Assembly: GCA_964389375.1 (NCBI GenBank)
Contig: CAYMDP010000005.1
Span: 765 to 64,764, forward strand
Direction of reading: 5' to 3'
Length of the DNA: 64,000 nt
Origin: an uncultured Pseudobdellovibrionaceae bacterium
GTDB taxonomy: Bacteria; Bdellovibrionota; Bdellovibrionia; Bdellovibrionales; UBA1609
Shown here piece after piece: positions 35,798 to 45,209 of this stretch. The notes under the pieces are model-generated. The model did not search any database, had not been told where the DNA came from, and was given only the letters and a program-made list of their open reading frames with translations. Positions within the stretch are counted from its first letter, which is position 1. The number at the start of each line of letters is the position of its first letter. Made by a program: the position numbers and the translations under genes.

Positions 35798-36555
35798 ATC
35801 CTTGGAATCGTCAGTTGAAGAGGCTCATGAATGGGAAGCTCTTCGGATTTAACGATAACTAAAGTTTTGTAGCCCCACTTTTTAATTGGCTGACCATCAA
35901 CTCCAAGACTGCGAAATCCATTGGCATTGATTTCATCAACATAGCCAGCTCCAGAATTCCCAATCAGGTGAAACAGTGCGCGGGCGCGATTTGGCTCTAG
36001 ACGAACACAGCCCGCAGAAGCCCGGGTACCCAGACGATCTATGTTCGTGTCGAAAACCCCGTGAGTGGCTATGTTTCCATTAAAAAAGACGGCCCAAGGC
36101 ATAGGGGCATTGTCGTAAAGACTAGATTGGTGTCTGGAAGAAAATCCTTCGACTCTAAAGTAGCCATTTGGAGTTACTTTTCCAGCACGAGCGGTAGAGG
36201 ATTTCCAAAAATATCGAAGACCCGCTTGTCGGTCGTAAACTCGTACAGTTTGCCCGGGCTCACCTTTGAGATCTTCTTGGTTAGCCACTACAATAACTTC
36301 GTAGCTTTCGAAGCGTTGGTCTAAAAGTGGAGAGGGCAAAGCCAGGGCGATATTAAAGTCAGGGTCGGTATATTTTCTTGGATTTTCAAAATCCTCTTCG
36401 ATCGACAGATCAAAGACCGCCTGAGGATCTGCCTGGTAATCAGGAACGGGATAGGTTCGCTTTTGTGCAAATGCCGTTAACGAAAACAGCATCAAAGCAG
36501 ATGAGGCAAAAAATCGAATACAGCTCTGGTTCATTGGCCCCCCTAAAAATTTCAA
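35791..36555 (-). CDS. L,D-transpeptidase (YkuD domain)
   Basis: IATHGVFDTNIDRLGTRASAGCVRL matches the HG...G...S-x-GC-[IV]-R-L catalytic motif. A signal peptide is present. Confidence 0.8.
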   Translation of the reverse strand: MKFLGGPMNQSCIRFFASSALMLFSLTAFAQKRTYPVPDYQADPQAVFDLSIEEDFENPRKYTDPDFNIALALPSPLLDQRFESYEVIVVANQEDLKGEPGQTVRVYDRQAGLRYFWKSSTARAGKVTPNGYFRVEGFSSRHQSSLYDNAPMPWAVFFNGNIATHGVFDTNIDRLGTRASAGCVRLEPNRARALFHLIGNSGAGYVDEINANGFRSLGVDGQPIKKWGYKTLVIVKSEELPIHEPLQLTIPRIQ

Positions 36556-36847
36556 AATTTTTGCATGAGGAGATTTGCGGGCTCGATCTCTCTTTTATGC
36601 TTTGAGAAGGTTCTAACTAGGAAGACCACATAATGAAATTAGTATATGATGAATGAAAAACTTACTTGAATTTCACTGGGTCCCTCGTGGGACGGAATGG
36701 GTCGAATATTATTCCCGGGGGCTTTGCTTCGAACAGATTTTCGGGCTTGTCGATCTTAGGGTTTAGAGAAAAAGCAGAAAGGGTGACCCGGAGCATTTGC
36801 CCGAGGTGACTTATGAAAGAAGGAGAAGGGGGGATCTTCCCGCGCCT

Positions 36848-37342
36848 CTAGGTTTTCTTGCGGGAATAAGTTAAAAATGAAAAGGGAACTGGTTCATCTC
36901 GATCTCTTCTTTCGACTTCGACGAACTGGCTTTTATCGACTTCCGGGTAGGTGATATCGCCCGGAAAATCCTTATGGATTCTAGTAAGATAAATCAAATC
37001 CACCTGGTTCATGGTTTCCCTAAAAATTTCGCCACCACCGATGATAAAGATCTCTTCCCCGTACTGAGCTTTCTGACTTTTACAGAACTCGATAGCCTCT
37101 TTAATACTTTTGAACACATGGGCGCCTTCGGGCTTATAGCCTTCTTGCCTTGTTACAACCACGTTCAACCGATGAGGTAGGGGGTGACCAACGGATTCAA
37201 AGGTCTTTCGGCCCATGATGAGGGCTTTGCCCTTCGTTTTATCCCGAAAGAATTTTAAGTCTTCCGGGATATGCCAGGGCAAAGTGTTGTCTTTGCCGAT
37301 GACGCCGTTTTTGCTTGCGGCCACGATATGGGACAAAATCAT
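36848..37342 (-). CDS. folA: Dihydrofolate reductase
   Basis: [32 protein letters not shown], with a 4-nt overlap with thyA. Confidence 0.9.
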   Translation of the reverse strand: MILSHIVAASKNGVIGKDNTLPWHIPEDLKFFRDKTKGKALIMGRKTFESVGHPLPHRLNVVVTRQEGYKPEGAHVFKSIKEAIEFCKSQKAQYGEEIFIIGGGEIFRETMNQVDLIYLTRIHKDFPGDITYPEVDKSQFVEVERRDRDEPVPFSFLTYSRKKT

Positions 37343-38133
37343 ACGGCCACCTCGGCCTTAATGTGAGGCTCTGGATCGTAGCCCGACAGTTCAAAATCTT
37401 CGTAAGTGAAATCAAAAATGGATTTTATATTTGGATTTAGCTTCATTTGCGGAAGAGGCTTTGGCGTTCTTGTCAGTTGCAGGCGAGCTTGATCCAAGTG
37501 ATTTGAATAAAGATGAGCGTCGCCAAGAGTGTGAATAAACTCACCGGGCTCAAAACCACAGACTTGCGCCATCATCAAATTTAACAAGGCGTAGCTTGCG
37601 ATATTAAAGGGAACACCCAAGAAGACATCGGCGCTGCGCTGATACATCTGACAACTTAAGCGACCTTTTGCGACGTAAAACTGAAAGAAAGCATGGCAAG
37701 GAGGCAAAGCCATTTTGTCAATTTCTCCGGGATTAAAAGCTACGACTAAATGTCTTCTCGAGTTTGGATCTTTTTTAAGACTTTCAACGACATTTGCAAT
37801 CTGATCGATTTGTTTTCCTTCAGGGGATTTCCAAGATCTCCACTGAGATCCATAAACCGGCCCAAGGTTTCCATCTTTATCCGCCCATTCATTCCAGATA
37901 TTGACTTTGTTTTCGGTCAAATACTTGATGTTTGTTTCGCCCTTTAAAAACCAAAGCAGCTCGTGAATGATGGATCTTGTATGAAGCTTTTTGGTTGTGA
38001 TTAAAGGAAAGCCTTCTTTTAAATCAAAGCGCATTTGGTGGCCAAACACACTTAAGGTTCCAGTCCCTGTGCGGTCTTCTTTGTCGACTCCATTTTCGAG
38101 AATATGTCGGAGTAAATTTTGGTATTGCTGCAT
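37339..38133 (-). CDS. thyA: Thymidylate synthase
   Basis: 264 aa. [23 protein letters not shown] and DAHLYSNH motifs. Confidence 0.95.
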   Translation of the reverse strand: MQQYQNLLRHILENGVDKEDRTGTGTLSVFGHQMRFDLKEGFPLITTKKLHTRSIIHELLWFLKGETNIKYLTENKVNIWNEWADKDGNLGPVYGSQWRSWKSPEGKQIDQIANVVESLKKDPNSRRHLVVAFNPGEIDKMALPPCHAFFQFYVAKGRLSCQMYQRSADVFLGVPFNIASYALLNLMMAQVCGFEPGEFIHTLGDAHLYSNHLDQARLQLTRTPKPLPQMKLNPNIKSIFDFTYEDFELSGYDPEPHIKAEVAV

Positions 38134-38275
38134 TTTAAGACCCCCTTGTCCGTAAAGAGCTTTATCCCTTCTATCGCGATCAAGGAATCATCTCCAGTCT
38201 AGATACGCTGTGATATGCTATGCGGGCTGCGTTATTTTCTTTGACCCAGAGCGGGGAAGTCGGTACGAGAAGCCT

Positions 38276-39592
38276 ATGGAATTGCGCGATCCCGTTCATG
38301 GCTCGATGGAGCTCTCAGATGCTGAAGTAAAAGTCCTCGATAGCGTCGCGTATCAGCGTCTTCGTCAAATTAAGCAGCTTGGTTTTGCAGAATTTAGTTT
38401 TCCCGGAGCGACTCATAATCGTTACCTTCATTCGATTGGTGTTAGTTACTTGGCGGGAGTCGCCTTTGACGAGATTTTTAAAAAGTTCCCCTTCTCGAGT
38501 TCAAAAGTTAAAGAGAAATATCGCGTTCTTGTGAAGCTTGCCGCCTTACTTCACGATATCGGGCATGGCCCCTTAAGCCATACAACAGAAGAAGTTATGC
38601 CTCGCCTTAGCGAGCTTAAAATTAAAGCCTACGAAAAACGAAGAACAGATCTTAAGTTTGCCCTGCCAAAAGAAAATCCAGAGCGTCAGGCCAACCATGA
38701 AGATTACACCATCAAATTTATTACGGATTCTTCTTTGACCAAAGTCATTGAAGATGAATTTGCAGATTTTTCCCCGATTCATGTGGCCTGCCTAGTGGAT
38801 AAAACTTTGCAGTGCCCAGATGATTTCTTTAAAGACGGGGATTTTGGCTTTCGCACGATTTTAAGTCAGATCATTAGTTCCGAAATGGACGTTGATCGTA
38901 TGGATTATTTAGAGCGAGACGCCTATTTTTGTGGGACCAACTACGGCAAGGTCGAACAGAATTGGCTGTTAAGTAATCTGTCTTATCATTCGGTCGAAGG
39001 AGAACTTCACCTCGCCCTTAGTCGCAGAGCTTTGTACACTTTCGATGATTTTCTTTTAGCCCGCCATCATATGCATTTGATGGTGTACTTTCATCACAAG
39101 GCGATCATTTATGAAGAGATGCTTTATCGCTACCTGACTTCTAAAGAGTGCAGTTTTAAACTTCCGGCGAACATCGAAGAGTATATTAAATTTACCGACT
39201 ATTCTCTTTATCAGCATTTAGCTTCTGTAGATCACGAGTGGGCGAGACGTATTTCTGAGCGGCGTCCATTTCGAATGCTTTTTGAACTTCACTCGACCGG
39301 AGAAACTCCTAGACCCGAGGCCATGAAGGTCCATTTGGAAGGCGAGGGGATTCCGGTTATATTAGCGGGATCTCAAACGCGGCTAAGCAAGTACCACACA
39401 CTCACTCCCGAGGAGCGCTCCTTTGAGATCTACGTGGTCGATGCCTATGATCGTCTTTCGACGCCTTTTCCTATTCAAGAAAGTACCCAGATTTTCCAAA
39501 AATATGAGGAAATTCGAAGGATTGACCGTCTTTACGTGGCTCCAGAGAACTTTGATCGGGCTGAGCAAATTATCATCCAGCATAAACTTTAA
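38276..39592 (+). CDS. HD-domain phosphohydrolase (COG1078/SAMHD1-like family)
   Basis: RDPVHGSMEL, THNRYLHSIGV, AALLHDIGHGPLSHTTE. ATG at 38276. Confidence 0.75.
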   Translation: MELRDPVHGSMELSDAEVKVLDSVAYQRLRQIKQLGFAEFSFPGATHNRYLHSIGVSYLAGVAFDEIFKKFPFSSSKVKEKYRVLVKLAALLHDIGHGPLSHTTEEVMPRLSELKIKAYEKRRTDLKFALPKENPERQANHEDYTIKFITDSSLTKVIEDEFADFSPIHVACLVDKTLQCPDDFFKDGDFGFRTILSQIISSEMDVDRMDYLERDAYFCGTNYGKVEQNWLLSNLSYHSVEGELHLALSRRALYTFDDFLLARHHMHLMVYFHHKAIIYEEMLYRYLTSKECSFKLPANIEEYIKFTDYSLYQHLASVDHEWARRISERRPFRMLFELHSTGETPRPEAMKVHLEGEGIPVILAGSQTRLSKYHTLTPEERSFEIYVVDAYDRLSTPFPIQESTQIFQKYEEIRRIDRLYVAPENFDRAEQIIIQHKL

Positions 39593-39713
39593 ATATTCGG
39601 TCCTTCCAGTATCTTAATGCTTAGCATCATAAAACTCATCGTTCAGGCCTTGAGACCCATCGGGGTTTTGATATTCTATTGGTCCGGGTCAGATTCAAAA
39701 TATTTGATCCCTC

Positions 39714-40871
39714 TTGGTCGCCCTTTTTATAAGTGATTGCGACGAAAGGAACTGCTTGAGGCCACTGAATCGTTTTTTGATCGGCGTTTCGTTCGAACAG
39801 GACATAGTTTCAGCAACTCTCCTTAAAGACAGCCAAACTCTCGCCAGGCTTTCCTTGGGCCTTCGCCCGGGCCAAGCCAGGGACCTTTTATTGAATCAGC
39901 TTATTCGCTCTGCTTTGCTTGAGGCTAAAATTCAAGGCCCCATCGAGCTACAAGTTGTATTAGTGGAAGATCCCGAGCTTGAAGTGAAGACAAAAAGTCG
40001 TCTTAGTTTTTGGCCAAAATTAAGGCCCCGTCCGGTTCAGGTACTTGGCTCAAAATTAGTTCGAAAGCTTTTAAAAACCCCCGGCTCAGAAGCTTTTCAG
40101 ATTCAAAAAATTTCTTGGAAGGAAATTCCTTTTGCGAAAGCGTGGGCCTTAGATAGTTTCGCGCAAATACAAACGCGGGATGCGGCGATCTGGCTTTTTC
40201 CAAATGATGTTTTTAGACAAACCGAGCTTTGGATTGGCCATAAAGGTGTGGATCCTGTGTCGAGTTTTTCAAAGGCCTGGGAGTTGAACTTACTTCTTCA
40301 GGCGATGTGCCGATTTTGTGGATTTACTGAGAGTCGCGGAGAGCATCAGTTTATGTCTCTCGCAGGCCTTGGCGAGCCTCGTTTTGTTGAGCAAATCAAA
40401 GCTCTAGTTGAAGTGGACGAGAGTTCTGGATTTTTTAATGTAGATATGTCCATCGTGGAGCCGGCCCTTCAAGAACTTCCAAACTGGCATGATTGGGAGC
40501 AGTTGTTTGGTGGGGAGGCCCGAGACCTGTCGAAGCCGGTCTCTGTTCGCGAGTTGGATATGGCCTGTTCTTTTGAATTAGTCTTAAAAGAATTATTTTT
40601 AAATTTTGGAAAATCCATTCGAAGAGATCTGGGATCAAGTCATTTGGTTATAAGTGGAAACACAACTTTTTCTCGCCTCGCATTCCGGGTCCTAAGTGAA
40701 AGCGGCCTATTTGATAAAGTTGTCTTAAACGCGGAAGATTTAAATCTTACATTGTCTAGAGGGGCGGCCCTTTCTGCTCGCAGCGAACTTGCTGGGCCTG
40801 TGGAAAAGGTTTGGCCCAAGTTATTTGGGGTGAAGTCCTTAGATTCACCTCGAGTTTCTTTGGATGTCTAA
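39714..40871 (+). CDS. Hypothetical protein, possibly a degenerate carbamoyltransferase N-terminal (ASKHA-fold) domain
   Basis: FLIGVSFEQDIVSATLL, FMSLAGLGEPRF and HLVISGNTTFSRLAF...SRGAAL resemble the NodU/CmcH N-domain pattern, but conserved residues are replaced. The start is uncertain; a TTG at 39756 has a better Shine-Dalgarno. Confidence 0.3.
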   Translation: MVALFISDCDERNCLRPLNRFLIGVSFEQDIVSATLLKDSQTLARLSLGLRPGQARDLLLNQLIRSALLEAKIQGPIELQVVLVEDPELEVKTKSRLSFWPKLRPRPVQVLGSKLVRKLLKTPGSEAFQIQKISWKEIPFAKAWALDSFAQIQTRDAAIWLFPNDVFRQTELWIGHKGVDPVSSFSKAWELNLLLQAMCRFCGFTESRGEHQFMSLAGLGEPRFVEQIKALVEVDESSGFFNVDMSIVEPALQELPNWHDWEQLFGGEARDLSKPVSVRELDMACSFELVLKELFLNFGKSIRRDLGSSHLVISGNTTFSRLAFRVLSESGLFDKVVLNAEDLNLTLSRGAALSARSELAGPVEKVWPKLFGVKSLDSPRVSLDV

Positions 40872-41262
40872 ATTTGACCGGGTTCTTTACTTCGACGGCG
40901 TCTGCAATCTGTGTAATCACTTTGTCGATTGGGTGATCCGAAGAAATAATTTTGCGCAAATTCGAGTTGCTTCCCTGCAAGGGGAGCACGCAAAAAATCA
41001 TTTACCATTAGAGCTGCGGGAAAATATGACTTCCGTCGTCTATCAACGTGAGGGAAAAAATTTATTAAAATCAGATGCCGCCCTTTGGATTCTTAAAGAC
41101 CTTCAGGTTTTCGGAGCTCTTCCGAGCCTTCTACTGTGGACTCCATCATCTCTGAGAAATTTCATTTACGATCTTATCGCCAAGTCCAGATACTCAGTCT
41201 TCGGAAAAAGAGAAAGCTGCCGCTTGCCGACTCCTCAAGAAAAAGAATATTTTTTAGACTAG
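40864..41262 (+). CDS. DCC-family thiol-disulfide oxidoreductase (DUF393)
   Basis: LYFDGVCNLCNHFVDWV (DGxCxLC motif). Confidence 0.75.
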   Translation: MSKFDRVLYFDGVCNLCNHFVDWVIRRNNFAQIRVASLQGEHAKNHLPLELRENMTSVVYQREGKNLLKSDAALWILKDLQVFGALPSLLLWTPSSLRNFIYDLIAKSRYSVFGKRESCRLPTPQEKEYFLD

Positions 41263-41295
41263 AGCTCGGTGAAGCCAGGTCCTTGCTTTTGGGCG

Positions 41296-41577
41296 GAGAA
41301 ATTCTTTCCCTTTTATAAGTGCTCCGCCTCAGCCGTCGAACATTCTCGGTCGGCCCTTTGGGCCGCCCTGCGAAACGGGGTTGTATCCTGCAATTTCAAG
41401 CCACAGCTGACTTGTTATTTTTGCTTATGGCTTCGTTGCTCCTCCTTGAATTAGCTTGCGCTAGTCCATCGTCGTCGCGCCTCACCATAAGCAAAAATCC
41501 CTGCCTCATCTGTGGCTTGAAATTGCAGGATACAACCCAGTCTTCGGCGGACACTTATAAAAGGGAAAGAATTTCTC
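41296..41577. repeat. Palindromic intergenic element, copy C (forward), interrupted by a nested palindrome
   Basis: Arms gagaaattctttcccttttataagtg and its complement. The core is intact except that ctgcgaaac|...|agtcttcggcgg is split by 162 bp. Confidence 0.9.
41377..41538. repeat. Nested 162-bp palindromic insertion inside copy C
   Basis: Perfect 29-bp terminal inverted repeats, gggttgtatcctgcaatttcaagccacag and ctgtggcttgaaattgcaggatacaaccc. There is a further inner inverted repeat, tttttgcttatgg and ccataagcaaaaa. Confidence 0.85.
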
Positions 41578-41695
41578 TGACACAATGTTGGGGCAAGGGA
41601 GTATTGCGGGAACTAGGATATTGACATATTCCTCCCGTTTTCATCGCACATTTATATTATTTTAGTTCCGGACTTACTATTTACAAGCGTCTCGT

Positions 41696-41820
41696 CCGGA
41701 AAGTCTGTTCCCATTTTTTAAGTGTCCGCCGAAGACTAGTTTCGCAGGGCTGCCGCAGGCAGACCGAGAATGTTCGACGGCTGAGGCGGAGCACTTAAAA
41801 AATGGGAACAGACTTTTCGG
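41696..41820. repeat. Palindromic intergenic element, copy D (reverse)
   Basis: Arms ccgGaaagtctgttcccattttttaagtg and its complement, with one mismatch. The full core is present. It ends 6 nt before the stop of the SDR gene. Confidence 0.9.
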
Positions 41821-41826
41821 TCAAAG

Positions 41827-42645
41827 TTAGAGACCGGCGTTGGCTATTAGCATTTGGCCGCTGACGGCGGAATTAAGTGGGCTTACGAGGTATGCAATAA
41901 AGTGCGCGATTTCGGTGGGCTCAATAATTCTGGCCCAGGGTTTTTCTTTTCGAAATTGCTCTAAGGCTTGCTGAATGGTTAATCCGTTTTGAGTTTGTTG
42001 CATCAACACATCTTCGGTTAATCCTAAGCAAACTCCGTTCATCGTGATCCCTTTTTCAAATACAGATCTTGCGGTTTCAGAAACAAAGCGAGCCATCTCA
42101 CTTTGAATTTCTTTGCCCGAGGTCAGGGCTTCATCGTGGGCTAAAATCAAAATGTGACCACGCTGGCGGCCCTTTAAAAAAGGCAGTCCCGCTTCGGCCA
42201 TCAGTTGAGCTTGCTTCCACTCGATCATGGCCTCTTCCATTTTTGCATTTAGACTGCGAAGCATTCGAGCGTCGATCAAGGCATCAATACCTCCGAAAGA
42301 CTCGGCCACTCTTCCGATTGCCTCTTGGGCTGAGGCAAGATCGGTAACTTGTGCATCAACCACTAGTCCTCGTCCATGGCGGGCGTGGACTTCTCGGACA
42401 TCGTTGATATTTTCCATAAAGCGCCGAGACTCGTTACTGGCTTGGGTAACAAAGCCCACGTCTGCGCCGTGTTCCGCTAAAACATGAATGATCCCCTGAG
42501 TTAGGGGGCTTAAGTGGCCACTAAGGACGATGGTCTTATCGCTGAGTTTAAAGCCGGATTCGCGCAAAGCAGAGCCTCCAGTCATAAGTGTCTTCGAATT
42601 GAGGCGAAGTTTTTTAAGTGTAGGGGGCTTAAGAAGTCCAGTCAA
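41827..42645 (-). CDS. Short-chain dehydrogenase/reductase-like protein (divergent)
   Basis: Rossmann-like TIVLSGHLSPLTQGIIHVLAEHGADVGFV and a C-terminal ...VSGQMLIANAGL typical of SDRs. The glycine motif is atypical. Confidence 0.55.
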   Translation of the reverse strand: MTGLLKPPTLKKLRLNSKTLMTGGSALRESGFKLSDKTIVLSGHLSPLTQGIIHVLAEHGADVGFVTQASNESRRFMENINDVREVHARHGRGLVVDAQVTDLASAQEAIGRVAESFGGIDALIDARMLRSLNAKMEEAMIEWKQAQLMAEAGLPFLKGRQRGHILILAHDEALTSGKEIQSEMARFVSETARSVFEKGITMNGVCLGLTEDVLMQQTQNGLTIQQALEQFRKEKPWARIIEPTEIAHFIAYLVSPLNSAVSGQMLIANAGL

Positions 42646-42697
42646 TTGACCCCAAACAGATTGTGCCTTATGACCTGGGCTTTAAAGGAGATCAGGC

Positions 42698-43954
42698 ATG
42701 CGTGTAGTCGTAGTGGGTTCAGGCGGAAGAGAGCATGCCCTTGTGCGCGCTTTAAAACACTCGCCCTCGGTGACTGAGGTGCATGCCCTTCCAGGTAGTG
42801 CCGGGATGTCTCAAGAAGCTCTTTGCCACAATATTGACCCGATGGACCAGGATGCCGTTTTAGCTTATGTGAAGCGAGCTGCTGTAGATTTAGTGGTCAT
42901 TGGGCCCGAGGTTTATTTGGCTCGGGGGTTAGCGGATCAATTAAGGGCCCAGGGGGTCTTTGTGTTTGGTCCCAATCAAGAGGCCGCTCGTCTTGAAGCA
43001 AGTAAAGTCTTTGCTAAAGAATTTATGATGGAAGCTCAGGTTCCTACCGCGAGATACCATGTGGTGGTTTCTGTCGAAGAGACTTTAAAAGCTGCCGAGT
43101 CCTTTGCGCCGCCTTATGTTTTGAAGGCAGATGGACTAGCTGCCGGCAAAGGGGTCTTTATTTGTAAGGACCTAGTGGAGTTAAAGCTTGAAGCAGAAAA
43201 CTTGTTTGTTAAAAAAACTTTGGGTGCAGCTGGGGAAAAAGCCTTACTTGAAGAGTTTCAGCCGGGTGCCGAACTTTCGTTTTTAGTATTAACCAACGGA
43301 CATGATTTTAGGGCTCTTCCTCTTGCACAAGATCATAAGCGCTTAAAAAATAAAGATCAGGGACCCAATACCGGTGGAATGGGAGTCGTAGCACCCCTTC
43401 AAATTTCTGAAGAGTTGCGGACTGTGATTGAAGAACAGCTTGTCCGCCCTTCGATTCAACAAATAGAACGCAAAGGTTTAATGTACAGAGGCCTTTTGTA
43501 TGTTGGGGTCATTTTTTCCGAGTCCGGCCCTAAAGTCTTGGAATATAATGTTCGCTTTGGAGACCCCGAAGCCCAGGCCCTTTTGCCTTTACTGAATGGG
43601 GATTGGGGGCAGACTTTACTCGAGATCGCCAAGGGGAACTTACCCACTGTGAAATGGAACTCTCTTTTTTCGGCCTGTGTCGTTCTTGCGGCGAAAGGTT
43701 ATCCGGACAAGCCTGAAAAGGGCAGCGAGATTTCGGGGGATCTTTTTTTCCAAACGGCTTCGAGTTATTTTCTTCATGCGGGAACCAGTCGTGGCACAGA
43801 TCAAAAGTGGACTGTCAGTGGCGGACGAGTTTTAAATGCGATTGGCCTGGGCTCTTCTTCGGATGAAGCCGTTCGCAATGCCTACGCTCAAGCTGAAAAA
43901 GCATCCTGGGATGGATTGCAAAAACGCACCGATATCGGCGCCTACCAGAGGTAA
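42698..43954 (+). CDS. purD: Phosphoribosylamine--glycine ligase
   Basis: MRVVVVGSGGREHAL, an ATP-grasp core, and a full-length PurD-like sequence. Confidence 0.95.
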   Translation: MRVVVVGSGGREHALVRALKHSPSVTEVHALPGSAGMSQEALCHNIDPMDQDAVLAYVKRAAVDLVVIGPEVYLARGLADQLRAQGVFVFGPNQEAARLEASKVFAKEFMMEAQVPTARYHVVVSVEETLKAAESFAPPYVLKADGLAAGKGVFICKDLVELKLEAENLFVKKTLGAAGEKALLEEFQPGAELSFLVLTNGHDFRALPLAQDHKRLKNKDQGPNTGGMGVVAPLQISEELRTVIEEQLVRPSIQQIERKGLMYRGLLYVGVIFSESGPKVLEYNVRFGDPEAQALLPLLNGDWGQTLLEIAKGNLPTVKWNSLFSACVVLAAKGYPDKPEKGSEISGDLFFQTASSYFLHAGTSRGTDQKWTVSGGRVLNAIGLGSSSDEAVRNAYAQAEKASWDGLQKRTDIGAYQR

Positions 43955-44064
43955 CAGTTCCCTTTTCCCGTCTCAGCGCATCACCCACGAAAGATACTCC
44001 GATCCAGGAGATCCTTGAAAAAGCTCCGTGATGCGTTGAGACGGGAAAAGGGAACTGTTACCTC
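43948..44064. terminator. 117-bp palindrome between convergent purD and the GT2 gene (37-nt arms, 43-nt loop)
   Basis: The left arm is gaggtaacagttcccttttcccgtctcagcgcatcac (43948-43984). The right arm is its complement (44028-44064), with a single G/T difference. The left arm includes the purD stop codon. Confidence 0.7.
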
Positions 44065-45135
44065 TTAACGAGATTTTAAAAATTTTAGAGGGGACTTCAG
44101 TTTTTTTGATTCTATGACAGAGGTCGGTACGCGTCTTAATTTTGCCATCATCTCTTGGCATTGTCCTCGAGCATAACCAGAATGAGTCAGAAAAAAAGCA
44201 AATGCAGTCATAAGGATTTTTTTAAAGTTCGGCTCGGACCGGTTTAAACGGGTACTTTCTGCGAGAACTCCAAAGAAGTACAGCCAAAAAGGCAAAGCCA
44301 AGACAAGACTATAAAATGAAAAAGTAAAATTAAACATCAAAAGGACATAGGCGGGTCCAAGATAAAAAGCCATTCCATCAGAACTGGAGGATTGAAACTG
44401 TGTTCGGATCGAGTTTTCTCCAAAACGCTCCATGCGTAAAAACCACTCTTTCCAGTTTTCTGCACAATTGTTTAAGACCATGGGGCTTGGGCATAGACGA
44501 AGCTCGTAGCCATAGGCGCTAAGTCTACGTCCAATGTCGACATCTTCTCCGACATTATTTTGAGTGCTGCGAAAGTTTCCAACTCTTAAGACCGCTTCTT
44601 TGCTGAGCAAGATGTTTGTGGTGGCGAGATGAAAAACAGATTGTGAATGCTGAGGCCAAAATGCTTGAGGCGAGTGACCGTGTCCGAGGGGTGAAGACAA
44701 ACTTAAGTTTAGAGCCGAGTGAAACAAAGTCTTTTCAGGGAGGCGGTTTGGACCTCCGACGGCGGCGGTGTCACGGTTACTGAACTGATTTTCATTCAAC
44801 TGCTGGACAAGAGATTCGATCCAATTTGGTGGAAGGATGCAATCGCCATCAGTAAAGGCGATCCAAGGGGTGCGAGAGGCACTGACTATTCCTGCGCGGC
44901 CGAGACCCAAATCATTGACCGAGGATTCGAAGATCTCGATGGGCCAAGGGGATTTACCTTTAAGGCCTTCGATGATTTGTAAGGTTTGATCCTCAGATCC
45001 ATTGTCGACAATAATAATTTCGCGGACAAGTTGTGTTTGGCTTTGATCAAACAAAGACTCCAGCAAGGGGCCAATATTCTTGGCTTCATTTCTTAGGACA
45101 AGTCCGATGGTGATCTGCTGTGGCTCTTGGATCAT
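44065..45135 (-). CDS. Family 2 glycosyltransferase with C-terminal TM segments
   Basis: IIIVDNGSEDQT and AFTDGDC (DxD) motifs, followed by hydrophobic helices. Confidence 0.8.
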   Translation of the reverse strand: MIQEPQQITIGLVLRNEAKNIGPLLESLFDQSQTQLVREIIIVDNGSEDQTLQIIEGLKGKSPWPIEIFESSVNDLGLGRAGIVSASRTPWIAFTDGDCILPPNWIESLVQQLNENQFSNRDTAAVGGPNRLPEKTLFHSALNLSLSSPLGHGHSPQAFWPQHSQSVFHLATTNILLSKEAVLRVGNFRSTQNNVGEDVDIGRRLSAYGYELRLCPSPMVLNNCAENWKEWFLRMERFGENSIRTQFQSSSSDGMAFYLGPAYVLLMFNFTFSFYSLVLALPFWLYFFGVLAESTRLNRSEPNFKKILMTAFAFFLTHSGYARGQCQEMMAKLRRVPTSVIESKKLKSPLKFLKSR

Positions 45136-45209
45136 AAAAATGTGAGACCTTTATCCGTTCAAGTTTTTCGAATGACCGACATCTTAATCGAAAAGATCTT
45201 CAGTGGGTA

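Noticed and set aside
43836-44161. ORFs 43836-44018 (+) and 43973-44161 (-) across the purD/GT2 palindrome. Both contain the peptide GNSSLFPSQRIT.
   Set aside because: The identical peptide on both strands is a by-product of the 37-nt inverted repeat. Both ORFs also overlap well-supported genes.
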